Of a stretch of DNA of 64,000 nucleotides, positions 1-9,582 are shown piece after piece (position 1 is the first letter of the stretch; every line of letters begins with the position of its first letter). Below the pieces are notes generated by a model, which was not told where the DNA came from, did no database searches, and was given only the letters and a program-made list of their open reading frames with translations. The position numbers and the translations under genes were made by a program. This DNA comes from Picochlorum sp. SENEW3 (taxonomy: Eukaryota): positions 1,488,001 through 1,552,000 of the forward strand of contig CP120454.1 of the NCBI GenBank assembly GCA_034226945.1, in the 5' to 3' direction.

Positions 1-487
1 TCTCCATGTCCAGCACACTCATAGCAGTCCCAGGCCTCGCCCTTTTCGCACTGAAATCTTCACTCTGACCTTTTTTAGCCCTTTTAGACGATCCTTTACC
101 ATTTTTAATCGCTTCTGGCTTGGTCTGCTGCACCCTATCGCCCATATTCCCAGCCATATTACCCCACAAGCTTTGAGCACTTCCGTCTGGTTCCTTTCCT
201 CCTCGAGTTCGTTGCTCTGCGGTGAGGACTAAATTCGAGTTCTGCAAACATTAAAAAAAACAAATAGTATCAACAGTGAAGCTTCAACCTGCAATGACGC
301 CTCGGATGCGACCCAATGCTGACAAACATCAGACTTGGCCAACCCAAACGCAACAGGGGACGAACAGACACACACTCATGTCAATACATAAGTCATACAA
401 CAGTATAAAACGTACCGCCATGTAGTCATACTGCTTATACCTCGCGAAATCCTCCGCTCGGGAGGATTTCTTATCAGCCCCGACCAT
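1..487 (-). CDS. BRR2: U5 snRNP 200 kDa helicase Brr2, 5' part (exon 416-487, intron 242-415, exon 1-241; runs off the window)
   Basis: Manual splice and translation gives MVGADKKSSRAEDFARYKQYDYMA|NSNLVLTAEQRTRGGKEPDGSAQSLWGNMAGNMGDR, the characteristic Brr2/SNRNP200 N-terminus (ARxxQYxYxANSNLVL...EPxG...MGDR). GT..AG intron. Not in the ORF track. Confidence 0.9.
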
Positions 488-559
488 GCGGCCTTTCCTC
501 GTGTACTATAAAGCCTCAAGAGGTTGGACTGTAGTATTTACGACACTTGTATACTATTT

Positions 560-1145
560 TTAAAATTTTAACAGCCTGCATGGACAGACTATCGAGGTGT
601 ATGGCTTACATGCAGAATGCATACATACATCACAGCAGTATGGAGAGAGAAGAGCATGGAGCCTTTCCTGAAAGGCCTCGATCAAGGCATACATGTATGC
701 CAAACATGCATCCAAGCTTGTTCTTGTCGAAAAGTCTTCACACTCCAAGCTCTGCCTTGGACTTTTCCAGCTCTGCTTTAGACTTTTCCAGCTCTGCCTT
801 TGATGATTCCATCTTTTCTGAATCGATTCCGCAAGTGGAGCAACCTTTTTGACGCAATCCTTGGTAACTCCATCGCAATCACAGCTGCATTTGAAGTCAT
901 CCCTAGTGATGTTTGCATCGCAGTCCTTGGAAGGACAGACAAAGCAATATCCATCCTTGAACAATGGGCATGCGGAATCCCCGGTTATGGAGGTATCACC
1001 AATAATTACCTCCCCAGCTGCACATAAAGTAGACGAAATAGTCGTTCTAAATGTTCATCATTACGTCAGCGCTTCGTTCATACAACGCACCAGCCAAGAC
1101 GACAGCCATAAGCATGGCCATCAGCATGAACCCAGTGTATTTCAT
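560..1145 (-). CDS. Small secreted Cys-rich protein with a heptad repeat; probably frameshifted (possible pseudogene or assembly indel)
   Basis: Signal peptide MKYTGFMLMAMLMAVVLA (exon 1091-1145), 73-nt GT-AG intron 1018-1090, then Cys-rich CPLFKDGYCFVCPSKDC...CSCDC. The 3' frame is uncertain. Confidence 0.55.
748..800. repeat. 21-bp tandem repeat, ~2.5 copies
   Basis: AGCTCTGCCTTGGACTTTTCC / AGCTCTGCTTTAGACTTTTCC / AGCTCTGCCTT; encodes (SKAELEK)n in one minus-strand frame. Confidence 0.9.
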
Positions 1146-1504
1146 GGTTCCTGTTCAATTTTTTGGCAAATATTTCAAAACCATATGCAAGAAAATGTAT
1201 TTGTGATTTATTCTCTGATTTTGTACAGAGAAAAGGATGGGATTATCAATATCAAGAGTTTCTTGTAGGAGATGATCCATCCAAGAGGACTCATGGGCTG
1301 GGCAGCCATTCCGGTCCATGCAATGCTTGCATGGACATGGGTGAGCACCTCGGTTCAATCGACAACAGGACGCGGATAAGCGCGTTGGTCGATCAACAGC
1401 CGGTTCCATCCACCGACGTTGGTCGACCACATATATTCGTAGAGCACCGTGAGGTATAGTACATTGTCAATTAAATCAATATACTCGTGAAATCAGTCCA
1501 AAAT

Positions 1505-2242
1505 ATGAGAGTATACTTGCTTGCTGTCTTATTGCTCAGTGCCACATCCTACGGAGCGGCAGAGTGCCCTCCTCCTGGCTTTGATTCCGTGTCCCCTGAT
1601 GTGTTTGATCTGGACGCGTACATCGCCAAGCCTTGGTATATTCAGGAGCAAATCCCTGTTGCGTACCAAACTGTGGATCAGTTGTATTGCGTCCGTGCTG
1701 CCTATCAGAGATTGGAGGACGACCTCGTCCAGGTCTATAATTATGCCAATCAGGTGCGCATTTTATGTTGCTATCAACCATGGACGTACAGTAGTTGATG
1801 TTTTTTGAACAATGTACGCATGCAGGGAGAAGTGAACGGGCCAAATCAAGTCACAGACGATAGCTTCAAGCTCTTGGGAGAAATTCCTGATCTGAGTGAC
1901 CCTGCCAAGCTTCAGGTGGGTATTTCAGGTCCATTCGGCAATGGGCCAATCTTTTCAGGACCATACTGGGTCGTGGCCATCGACGAGACGGATATCACGG
2001 ACCCACAGTGGGCTATTGTCACAGGTGGACCACCAACTGTGGAGTCTAATGGTGCCTGCCTGTTTGAGTCCGCAGGATTCAATGGAGACGGATTCTGGCT
2101 CTTCTCAAAGAAACCTGTTGATCCAGAGAACACTGCGCTGATGAGAGAGAAGGCCGCAGATCTTGGGCTCGACGTCTCGGCACTGTTGCCTGTTGAGCAG
2201 GAGGGCTGCAATTACGACGGGGCCTTCAACCCGTCGAATTAG
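1505..2242 (+). CDS. Secreted lipocalin-like protein (exons 1505-1753, 1826-2242)
   Basis: Signal peptide; lipocalin SCR1-like FDLDAYIAKPWY; CVRAxY; GPYWVVA; GFWLFSK. 72-nt GT-AG intron joins the two ORFs in frame. Confidence 0.8.
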
Positions 2243-2512
2243 AGCACATCGGCTCCATAAGACCATCTATTCACACGATTACCACTGTTAATATTATATA
2301 TCTTATAGAAGGCTACTTAGCCGTGTAATTAATTAGTTCGAGATGTCTCGACACGTGTTTGTCACTCAATCAGGTGCCTGTACGGGATGTCACGTCCCTA
2401 TGCCTCCGTTTCGACTTCATGCTTGTGTACAGAATGCATCATCAATCCATAGGGTATGTGAGAGATGTCCATAGCAAGGTGCATACGTGTGATCTGATCG
2501 TTGTTTCGCATC

Positions 2513-3208
2513 ATGTTGCAGCAGGAGGGGAATTCCACGGGATCAACACCGATTGGGTGTCGAGTTGGATCTCGATTCTCTCATACGATACATGGATCTG
2601 CTGTGATGACATGTGCGACGGGTGTGCTCGCATCTGCTGAGTTCACGCCTTCAGAGCAAGACAAGCTTCAGCTGGGAACAGCGTTGCGGAACATTGGGTG
2701 GCTGTCGTTCTGGAGTCAGCTCATACTGTCTACAGTATCTGGTGTGGTTCTATTGTTTTCGATGGGAATCGCAGCGGGTGGATCTTTTTCTGCGACTCCG
2801 ACGGACATTTGTACTCTTGTTGGGGTTGGGTGTGGTCTCGTGACATCCATGTTATCTTGGACGTGGATCCGTTCTGGCCGGAAGCTGGAGGAGATGAAGA
2901 GCATCAAGCTCCAACAGTGTATGGGGACGGTGCTGGCGAGCACCAATTTGAATCTGTTGGGTATGGGTGCCACCATTTTGGGCCTCCAGGCAAATGTTGG
3001 GACCCTGGTGGCAAAGACTCTGACCTCTGCGGCCGGGGGAATGTACTATAATCCCCGAGCCGCTCCACCACCTGTTGCGTTCGACGTTTTTAGTGTACAA
3101 TCGTGCACCAACACGATTATGGCACATTTTGTAGGGCTTGTTCTGGCACAGTGGCTGTTGCGAATCCTTCGAAGATTCATTCAAAAGGAAGAAGAACAAA
3201 TGAGTTGA
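2513..3208 (+). CDS. DUF3611 / TIC21-PIC1-like plastid membrane protein
   Basis: GWLSFWSQLILSTVSGVVLLFS, LNLLGMGATILGLQANVGTLVAK, FDVFSVQSCTNTIMAHFVGL match the DUF3611 pattern. Start uncertain. Confidence 0.8.
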   Translation: MLQQEGNSTGSTPIGCRVGSRFSHTIHGSAVMTCATGVLASAEFTPSEQDKLQLGTALRNIGWLSFWSQLILSTVSGVVLLFSMGIAAGGSFSATPTDICTLVGVGCGLVTSMLSWTWIRSGRKLEEMKSIKLQQCMGTVLASTNLNLLGMGATILGLQANVGTLVAKTLTSAAGGMYYNPRAAPPPVAFDVFSVQSCTNTIMAHFVGLVLAQWLLRILRRFIQKEEEQMS

Positions 3209-3234
3209 CTAGACGGCTCTTGTTGTTGTTACTA

Positions 3235-5018
3235 TTACTTTTTATTGAGTTTGACCCAATTTGACTGTTTAAAAAATTCTAACAAGCGCAGTGACCTCTC
3301 TTCATCAACTGCAAAAGGAAGGGCCAGGATATCCTTCTTGGTGACAAATCCTTCTTCTTCCTGTTTCTTCATCATGGATGCTTTTACCGCAAGGTACTGA
3401 GCTGGCAAATATCTTTCTGTGGCGCAGAGACGCCTCTCTTCCTGTGTCAAAGGCTCTGAGTCTGGCAGAGAAGTCACGTCGAGCAGGATGCCTCTCTTTG
3501 CCCTCCACACCTGAACACCATTTACTCCTTTCCCCTCTGGAATCATACAGTTCTTATCATGTACCAATCTAGTTGCGTGTGGTGTATCCATTTTCTGTAT
3601 TTCAGTCTCTAGAGCAAAGTTATCTATCAGAATCCTCTGAAGCTTGGACCTTCCGGGTTGATTATTAATCGAAGGCTCCTTCTTGCCTGGGCCAGCGCTC
3701 TCCACGTACGCATCTACTTCTTCAAATGTCCTCATGCCCATAGATCTGTATTCTTTCAGCTCTTGTATTCGTGCTCGAAGCCTGCCTTCTATCGTTAAGC
3801 CATCACTCAGTGCCTCCCACTGGGGGTGGGGCATATACCTGGCAAAAACTCTCAGTTTTCCTAGCAAATCTTTTTCTGAATTGGTGCGTCTTCTATCAAT
3901 CAACTGCTGTCGTTTTACTTTAACTAACCCTCTGGACAAGACGAAAGCCTTTCTCCTCTCCCTTTCATCCAGTCGTTTATTATAAATTTCAATTAATTTC
4001 AGCTTTTCCGCCTGCTCTTCCTCGGTGTCATCGTCTGCAAAGTCTAGCTCTGCGATAAGGTTCTCAGCCTCGTGATCATACTCAATCTCAAATTCGTTCC
4101 TCTTTGCGTGGTACCCACTGTGCTGAGATTCTGCCAATGCCACTACTGGTGTTCCATCTGCTGGGGAGCCTACAGTATTTGAATGAGGCGTTTTGGTTCC
4201 AGTTGTCGCAGTCGGATGCTCTTTCACCTCTACAGTTTTGTCTTGAAGATTCGAGTCAGAATCCTTCTCAGCGTCGGCACCTTGTTCTCCAGGGGCCAAC
4301 ACATCCTCATCTTCTAATTTCACACCACTCTTCATGGCAGCAATTTTTCTAGCCCCAGCACGCCTCTTTTCTTCAATCAGATTTTTGATATCCTCCACTG
4401 CATGGGGTGATCGCAATTCTTCCGACTTTTGTGGCTGGGGGAAACAGTCTGTCTCTATGTATACGCGAAAATAATGCTCCTTGCAGTCCTCTGCAGAGCG
4501 ACCAACATGGCTTGCAATTTGTGGCCAATTTCCCAGACCAAAGTGTTCAACACCTTCCAGTAAGAGCGTCTCTTCATCTGCTCCCCACCCCATCGTGTAC
4601 ACGGGAAAAGAGAGGCTGTCCACCACCCTGTATGCATGGGTGTTTTTGTGTGGAGTTACCTGAGCACCGACAGAAAAACACTCCAAACACAAGTCGAAAT
4701 CATCACACTCGTTGCACTTGATCCTCAGTGATGTACTCAAATCTTTCTGACAGTAATCACAGTGATATTTGTGAATTCCGCCCCGTTTTACCACTGCTCC
4801 CCCTTTTTTCTTCTTCCCTCCACTTGCCCCTGCTTTTCCCTGCTTCGCATCCTTCTTCCGCTTGGCATTCCTGTAATTGATATAAAACATTTATATAACT
4901 TTTTTTGTATGAAATCAGACCATACGATAGCCTCGCTGGGAGAAGAACAGCGTAATTGGTAACAATTTACTCTCCCGCTAAAAATGAGACAGACACACCT
5001 TGCGGACCATTGGGACAT
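3235..5018 (-). CDS. ADA2: Transcriptional adaptor ADA2 (ZZ zinc finger, SANT, SWIRM); short 5' exon 4999-5018
   Basis: YHCDYCQKD...CNECDDFDLCLECFSVG; WGADEETLLLEGVEHFGLGNW; RNEFEIEYDHEAE; C-terminal SWIRM-like segment. Confidence 0.95.
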
Positions 5019-5260
5019 GATGCTATACTTGTTAATCTAATTTTTTAGATAATATTCAGGTGGTTACTGAGCATCCGCAAAACGCTTCGGAGCGTGACTT
5101 GCATTGCATTAGTATACACTTTGACCCTATCAAATGAACCTTTCGATGGGAGCAAGAGTGTCGTTATCAGGTGATCTGGATGAGGCAGAGTCCTCTTGCA
5201 CACGGTAGAGCCATGGGCAATGTGCTCTGATGGACACTCTTATTAACAATTCAAACAAAA

Positions 5261-6706
5261 ATGAACTGCACTGCCGCCGTACAAACCAGATCTGCTGCTG
5301 CTTCAGCAGTGAAGACTGTCTCTGGTCGCGTGGCTGCTCAGCCAAGTCGTGTCCAGGTGTGTCATCTCTCGTGTCGGTGCTATTTTGATGCAAGGAAAGG
5401 ACAATGCCGAGATATGTGAGGGCGATCAGCACCGATGGGTGTCTCTGCCTGGTATCGGTCTTATCTGGTTCAGTCTCTAGCCCTCTGCCAGGTGGTCCAA
5501 TTGGTGCTGTCGATTGATGGGCGTCGACGCCATCTGGGGGGCTCTCCTTTCCTTGCAGAATGTTGGCATAAGGTGCCCACACGTTGGCGCACCCCTCGGT
5601 CAAATTTGATAGTACCCTTACCCCTATGTGAATGATATGATGTGCAGAGAAATGCCAGAGTCAGCTTGAACAAGTCCTTCTTTGGAACTGTTGAGCAGGT
5701 CCGTGCCACAAGGGCTTCTCAGAGCAAGGCAGTCAGAGGCGCCGTCCGCGTGAACGCCAAAGTTGGGGACACTCTTGAAGAGTTCCTCATGGAGGCCACT
5801 AGTGATGCCAAGTTGAGACAGCTCATGATGTCCATGTCTGAGGCCATTAGAACCATTGCATTCAAGGTTCGCACAGCCTCATGCAGTGCCACCGCATGCG
5901 TCAACTCCTTTGGAGATGAGCAGTTAGCCGTGGATTTGTTGGCTGACAAGCTCTTGTTCGAGGCCCTTCGTTACTCTGGCTGCTGCAAGCTCGCCTGCTC
6001 TGAGGAGGTTCCAGAGCCATTGGACATGGGAGGAAGTGGGTTCTCCGTTGCCTTTGACCCATTGGATGGATCTTCCATTGTCGACACCAACTTCTCTGTT
6101 GGAACCATCTTTGGTGTCTGGCCAGGGGATAAATTGACCGGAATCACCGGACGTGATCAAGCAGCTGCTGGAATGGGAATCTACGGACCACGCACTGTGT
6201 TCTGCATTGCCCTCAAGGATGCTCCAGGATGCCACGAGTTCTTGCTCCAGGATGATGGAAAGTGGTTGCACGTCAAGGAGACCACAACTATCGGCGAGGG
6301 AAAGCTCTTCTCCCCAGGAAACTTGAGAGCCACATTCGACAACCCCAACTACGAGCGCCTCATCTCCCACTACATCGGAGAGAAGTACACCTTGAGATAC
6401 ACCGGAGGAATGGTCCCAGATGTGTTCCAGATCATTGTCAAAGAGAAGGGAGTCTTCACCAACGTGACCTCTCCATCCACCAAGGCCAAGCTCAGATTGT
6501 TGTTCGAGGTTGCCCCTCTTGCTCTCCTTGTGGAGAAGGCCGGAGGTGCATCTTCCTGCGACGGCAAGTGCGTGTCTGGACTCGACGTTGAGATCACCGC
6601 CCACGACCAGAGAACCCAGATTTGCTACGGATCCGTGGGTGAGGTCCAGAGATTCGAAGAGTACTTGTACGGATCTTCCCCAAGATTTGAGAACGTCAAT
6701 GCCTAA
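5261..6706 (+). CDS. SBP: Sedoheptulose-1,7-bisphosphatase, plastid (exon 5261-5356, intron 5357-5647, exon 5648-6706)
   Basis: Transit-peptide-like exon 1 [38 protein letters not shown]...[41 protein letters not shown]. Confidence 0.96.
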
Positions 6707-6767
6707 ATCGTGCGTTCTTCCATAACATGTATGATTGGTGCCATGTAATAATTACATAAATCTATAT

Positions 6768-7188
6768 ATGAGATTGAATCCCTTCTTGACAGCCGTAGGT
6801 GTCGGCGTGGGAACCATGGTAACCATGGGAGGAACTACAATCGTCGTCAGTGGGATGGGTATGGCCGTTGCGAAGCGAATTAATCGAGCACGAATGGTAT
6901 GGATAGTAAAATATGGATGGTATGGCTGCGGAGAATGAGGTTTGATTGCATGTGCAGTTGAAGAGTGCCAGTGTTTGTTCTCAGTGTGACGGAGAGGGGT
7001 ATATATCTTGTCAGATTTGTCATGGGAGTTGCATAGTACGTACTAGAAAGCCACAAAGAATGTCACAGATTATGAAGGGTCCTGAAAAGAGTGAAGATGA
7101 GCCAGCAGTGTATTGTTCTTGCCCAGCTTGTGGAACGAGTAGGTATCAGAGATGTCTTAATTGTCTGGGATTGGGAAAAGTGCTGTAG
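6768..7188 (+). CDS. Small membrane-anchored DnaJ-like zinc-finger (CxxCxGxG) protein, 2 exons
   Basis: Hydrophobic N-terminus; intron of about 6897-6957; CSQCDGEG, CQICHG, CPACG, CLNCLGLG motifs. Confidence 0.75.
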
Positions 7189-7227
7189 AAAAAGGCTAGT
7201 TGTATAGAATAGTGAGATTCATATAGA

Positions 7228-8193
7228 ATGTGGTTCAAAGATCTCTTTGGGTTCCATGAAGAGAGTCCTGAGCAGGTTAGAGAAAATATACAGGTTAGAG
7301 AGGGGCAATCCATGGTGTCTCTGGTGACGAATGCTACATATCAGTGTGGTATGCTAGAGGTACTGTCGCTTTCTCAGCTAAGACAGGGTTTGAGGCCCTC
7401 TGATGGACAGCACCGCCTTGTCATGAAGGAGATTGTGGCTGATATTAGGGACATTCACTGCAATCCTCAATATAATGGCTGTGTCATTCAGGTTGCCTCG
7501 CAATTTAACGTTTTAGAAATGATTGGCCCCAGCATCACTCCAGAAGAAGGCGTAGATATATATGAGAATGATCGCACACAAGGGCCTATATGTGCCATTG
7601 CATGTGGGGCAGGTACCGTCTATCGCAACTACTTTTACCGTTTTGAAGATGGCCATGTCGGCCAAACACGTGATAGACAGATAGATTGCTTGGAAGATGT
7701 TGGTTTTATGTTGAGAAATGACAGAGAAAAACTTTGGGAAATGATCAATGGTTACATGATTGCGGATGAGAATGGATTGCGCCGAGTTAACGCAAAATTA
7801 GCAGGCTTCTCCGAAGAACTAAGAGATGATCTTCGGCGTCGGCTCAAGGTTGGAGTTCAACGAGATACAGAAGTCACATTGAATTCGTGCGGGAATATGG
7901 TGACGCAAGTGTACTGCTCAGCATTGCCAATTGCATATTGCAGAGTTGCCCTGGAGGAATGGGAGCCATTTGCACAGCTTGTGTTGGAGGGAGCATATGA
8001 AGCCACGTTTGCTGTTGCCGCCAAAAAGGTGGATTATTCGACGAGAGGGGAGGAGCGCCCGAAGCTATTTCTGACATTGCTGGGGTGTGGTGCATTTGGA
8101 AATCGTGAAGAGTGGGCAGTGTCTGCAATCCACAGGGCAGCAGAGATGCACAAACACTATCCGTTAGATGTGTTTGTGGTTAGATATGGTTGA
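7228..8193 (+). CDS. Intronless uncharacterised protein with PARG/macrodomain-like C-terminal motif
   Basis: 321-aa ORF; QVASQFNVLEM, YENDRTQGP, FLTLLGCGAFGN (GxGxFG loop as in macro/PARG folds). Confidence 0.75.
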   Translation: MWFKDLFGFHEESPEQVRENIQVREGQSMVSLVTNATYQCGMLEVLSLSQLRQGLRPSDGQHRLVMKEIVADIRDIHCNPQYNGCVIQVASQFNVLEMIGPSITPEEGVDIYENDRTQGPICAIACGAGTVYRNYFYRFEDGHVGQTRDRQIDCLEDVGFMLRNDREKLWEMINGYMIADENGLRRVNAKLAGFSEELRDDLRRRLKVGVQRDTEVTLNSCGNMVTQVYCSALPIAYCRVALEEWEPFAQLVLEGAYEATFAVAAKKVDYSTRGEERPKLFLTLLGCGAFGNREEWAVSAIHRAAEMHKHYPLDVFVVRYG

Positions 8194-8225
8194 TACATCT
8201 TACATATTGCTCAAAAATATAGCCA

Positions 8226-8228
<3 letters not shown>

Positions 8229-8264
<36 letters not shown>
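8229..8264. repeat. (TA)18 microsatellite
   Basis: Direct read, between convergent 3' ends. Confidence 0.95.
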
Positions 8265-8267
<3 letters not shown>

Positions 8268-8310
8268 AGTGCTTGTGTGTCAAAATGTGTTTCCATCCCT
8301 GTGCCATCAA

Positions 8311-9033
8311 TCAATAGTCATCATCAGTTTCCCGACAGCATGAACAACAGCACCCTGTCGTGCTCAACAGAAATTGGGCTAAGAACAATCCTGCCGTGCA
8401 GAAAGAAGCTATATAGAGCGCTTCCCTGCATGTTTTTTTCTCCAAACCTTGATCAGAAGCATTGTCAGATGTTATCACCGATACAACTCCAGCAGCAATC
8501 CACCAAATAACCCCACAGCAAGCCAAAATTGCCTCAACACTTAGACAACACATCCCTCTTTTCCCCGCACATGCTAAATTGAAGAGCATGAGGACAATAC
8601 TCAATGCAATGGATGCCCCTCCTGCCCAGTATGCATAGGTACAGGTATTCACAGAGGAGTTCAACAAGTAGCAATACTCCTTTGATGTTGTTCCATCAGC
8701 TGACGTTACATTCGTGTCCAAGCATCCAGCTGTGACACCAATGACCGCTGCTGCTCCACACATTTGCAACACACACAACAGAATAAATGTAACTCTCCCT
8801 GGAGTGCACACCCTGCGACGTTTCGGCCTCGATCTGGGTGACATTTTTGCGTTTGCTTCAATATCTGCTTGCAATGCTGCACTGGATGCGACCTTGTCGC
8901 CATATTTGGAGGCCGTGTTGAGAACCGCGTCTGAAGGTGCCTGAGTTTCCAAGTATTGCTTGTAGTTGTACTTCTTTATAGGGGGTGGCGTGGTCGCTGC
9001 CTTGTTGGAATCTTTTCTTGTTAAGAAACTCAT
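8311..9033 (-). CDS. Four-TM MARVEL-like membrane protein
   Basis: Four hydrophobic helices, loop cysteines (CYL...CTYA) and a Cys-rich cytosolic tail. Confidence 0.65.
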   Translation of the reverse strand: MSFLTRKDSNKAATTPPPIKKYNYKQYLETQAPSDAVLNTASKYGDKVASSAALQADIEANAKMSPRSRPKRRRVCTPGRVTFILLCVLQMCGAAAVIGVTAGCLDTNVTSADGTTSKEYCYLLNSSVNTCTYAYWAGGASIALSIVLMLFNLACAGKRGMCCLSVEAILACCGVIWWIAAGVVSVITSDNASDQGLEKKTCREALYIASFCTAGLFLAQFLLSTTGCCCSCCRETDDDY

Positions 9034-9395
9034 TATTTACTGGTGCCCTGGTTGTGATGCGCAAGAGTTGCTTCAACCCTCGGGGGGTCAACAGCCAGTT
9101 CAGTTCCCAAGACCTCGGTGTTTGTATTACCTTCAGAGTGCCCTACAACACCTCGAAAGAGCGTTTCGTAGATCAATATCTAAATATTTCCACAAAATGG
9201 TGCCGCTGGAATCAAAATATACACATTTTACTTTCGCATGAGTCCATGACATTTCATGACACAACAATAGCATGCCTGGTTGCAATCTCAGCGAGAAAAC
9301 GATATCGTCCAACAAGAGCCACAGATCTCTATGCCAGCATGCAAATTCATAGATTTTCGTATCTTGGAGGCCAGACTCCTCGTCGCTGTCTTCTT

Positions 9396-9428
9396 CTTCA
9401 TCTGAGGTGCTTCATCTGAGGTGCTTCA
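9396..9428. repeat. 14-bp tandem duplication
   Basis: CTTCATCTGAGGTG x2 plus CTTCA. Confidence 0.9.
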
Positions 9429-9582
9429 ATCTACCATTATGTTGTTCAGTGCTATAATGTAACGATTCCACCCTCCCCAATCGAAGTTTTGCGTGTTTCA
9501 AGGAAGAACCCTTGCCTAGTTTGAGGGAGTTCCGCCTCTTTTCCTCTGAGATGAGACTCAAAAGCTGCAATTCTTTCTGCCT

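Noticed and set aside
446..470. Hairpin as terminator or Helitron 3' end
   Set aside because: Lies inside BRR2 coding exon 1 and has no U-tract or CTRR end.
748..800. Short repeats as a CRISPR-like array
   Set aside because: Head-to-tail coding repeat with no spacers; eukaryotic context and no cas genes.
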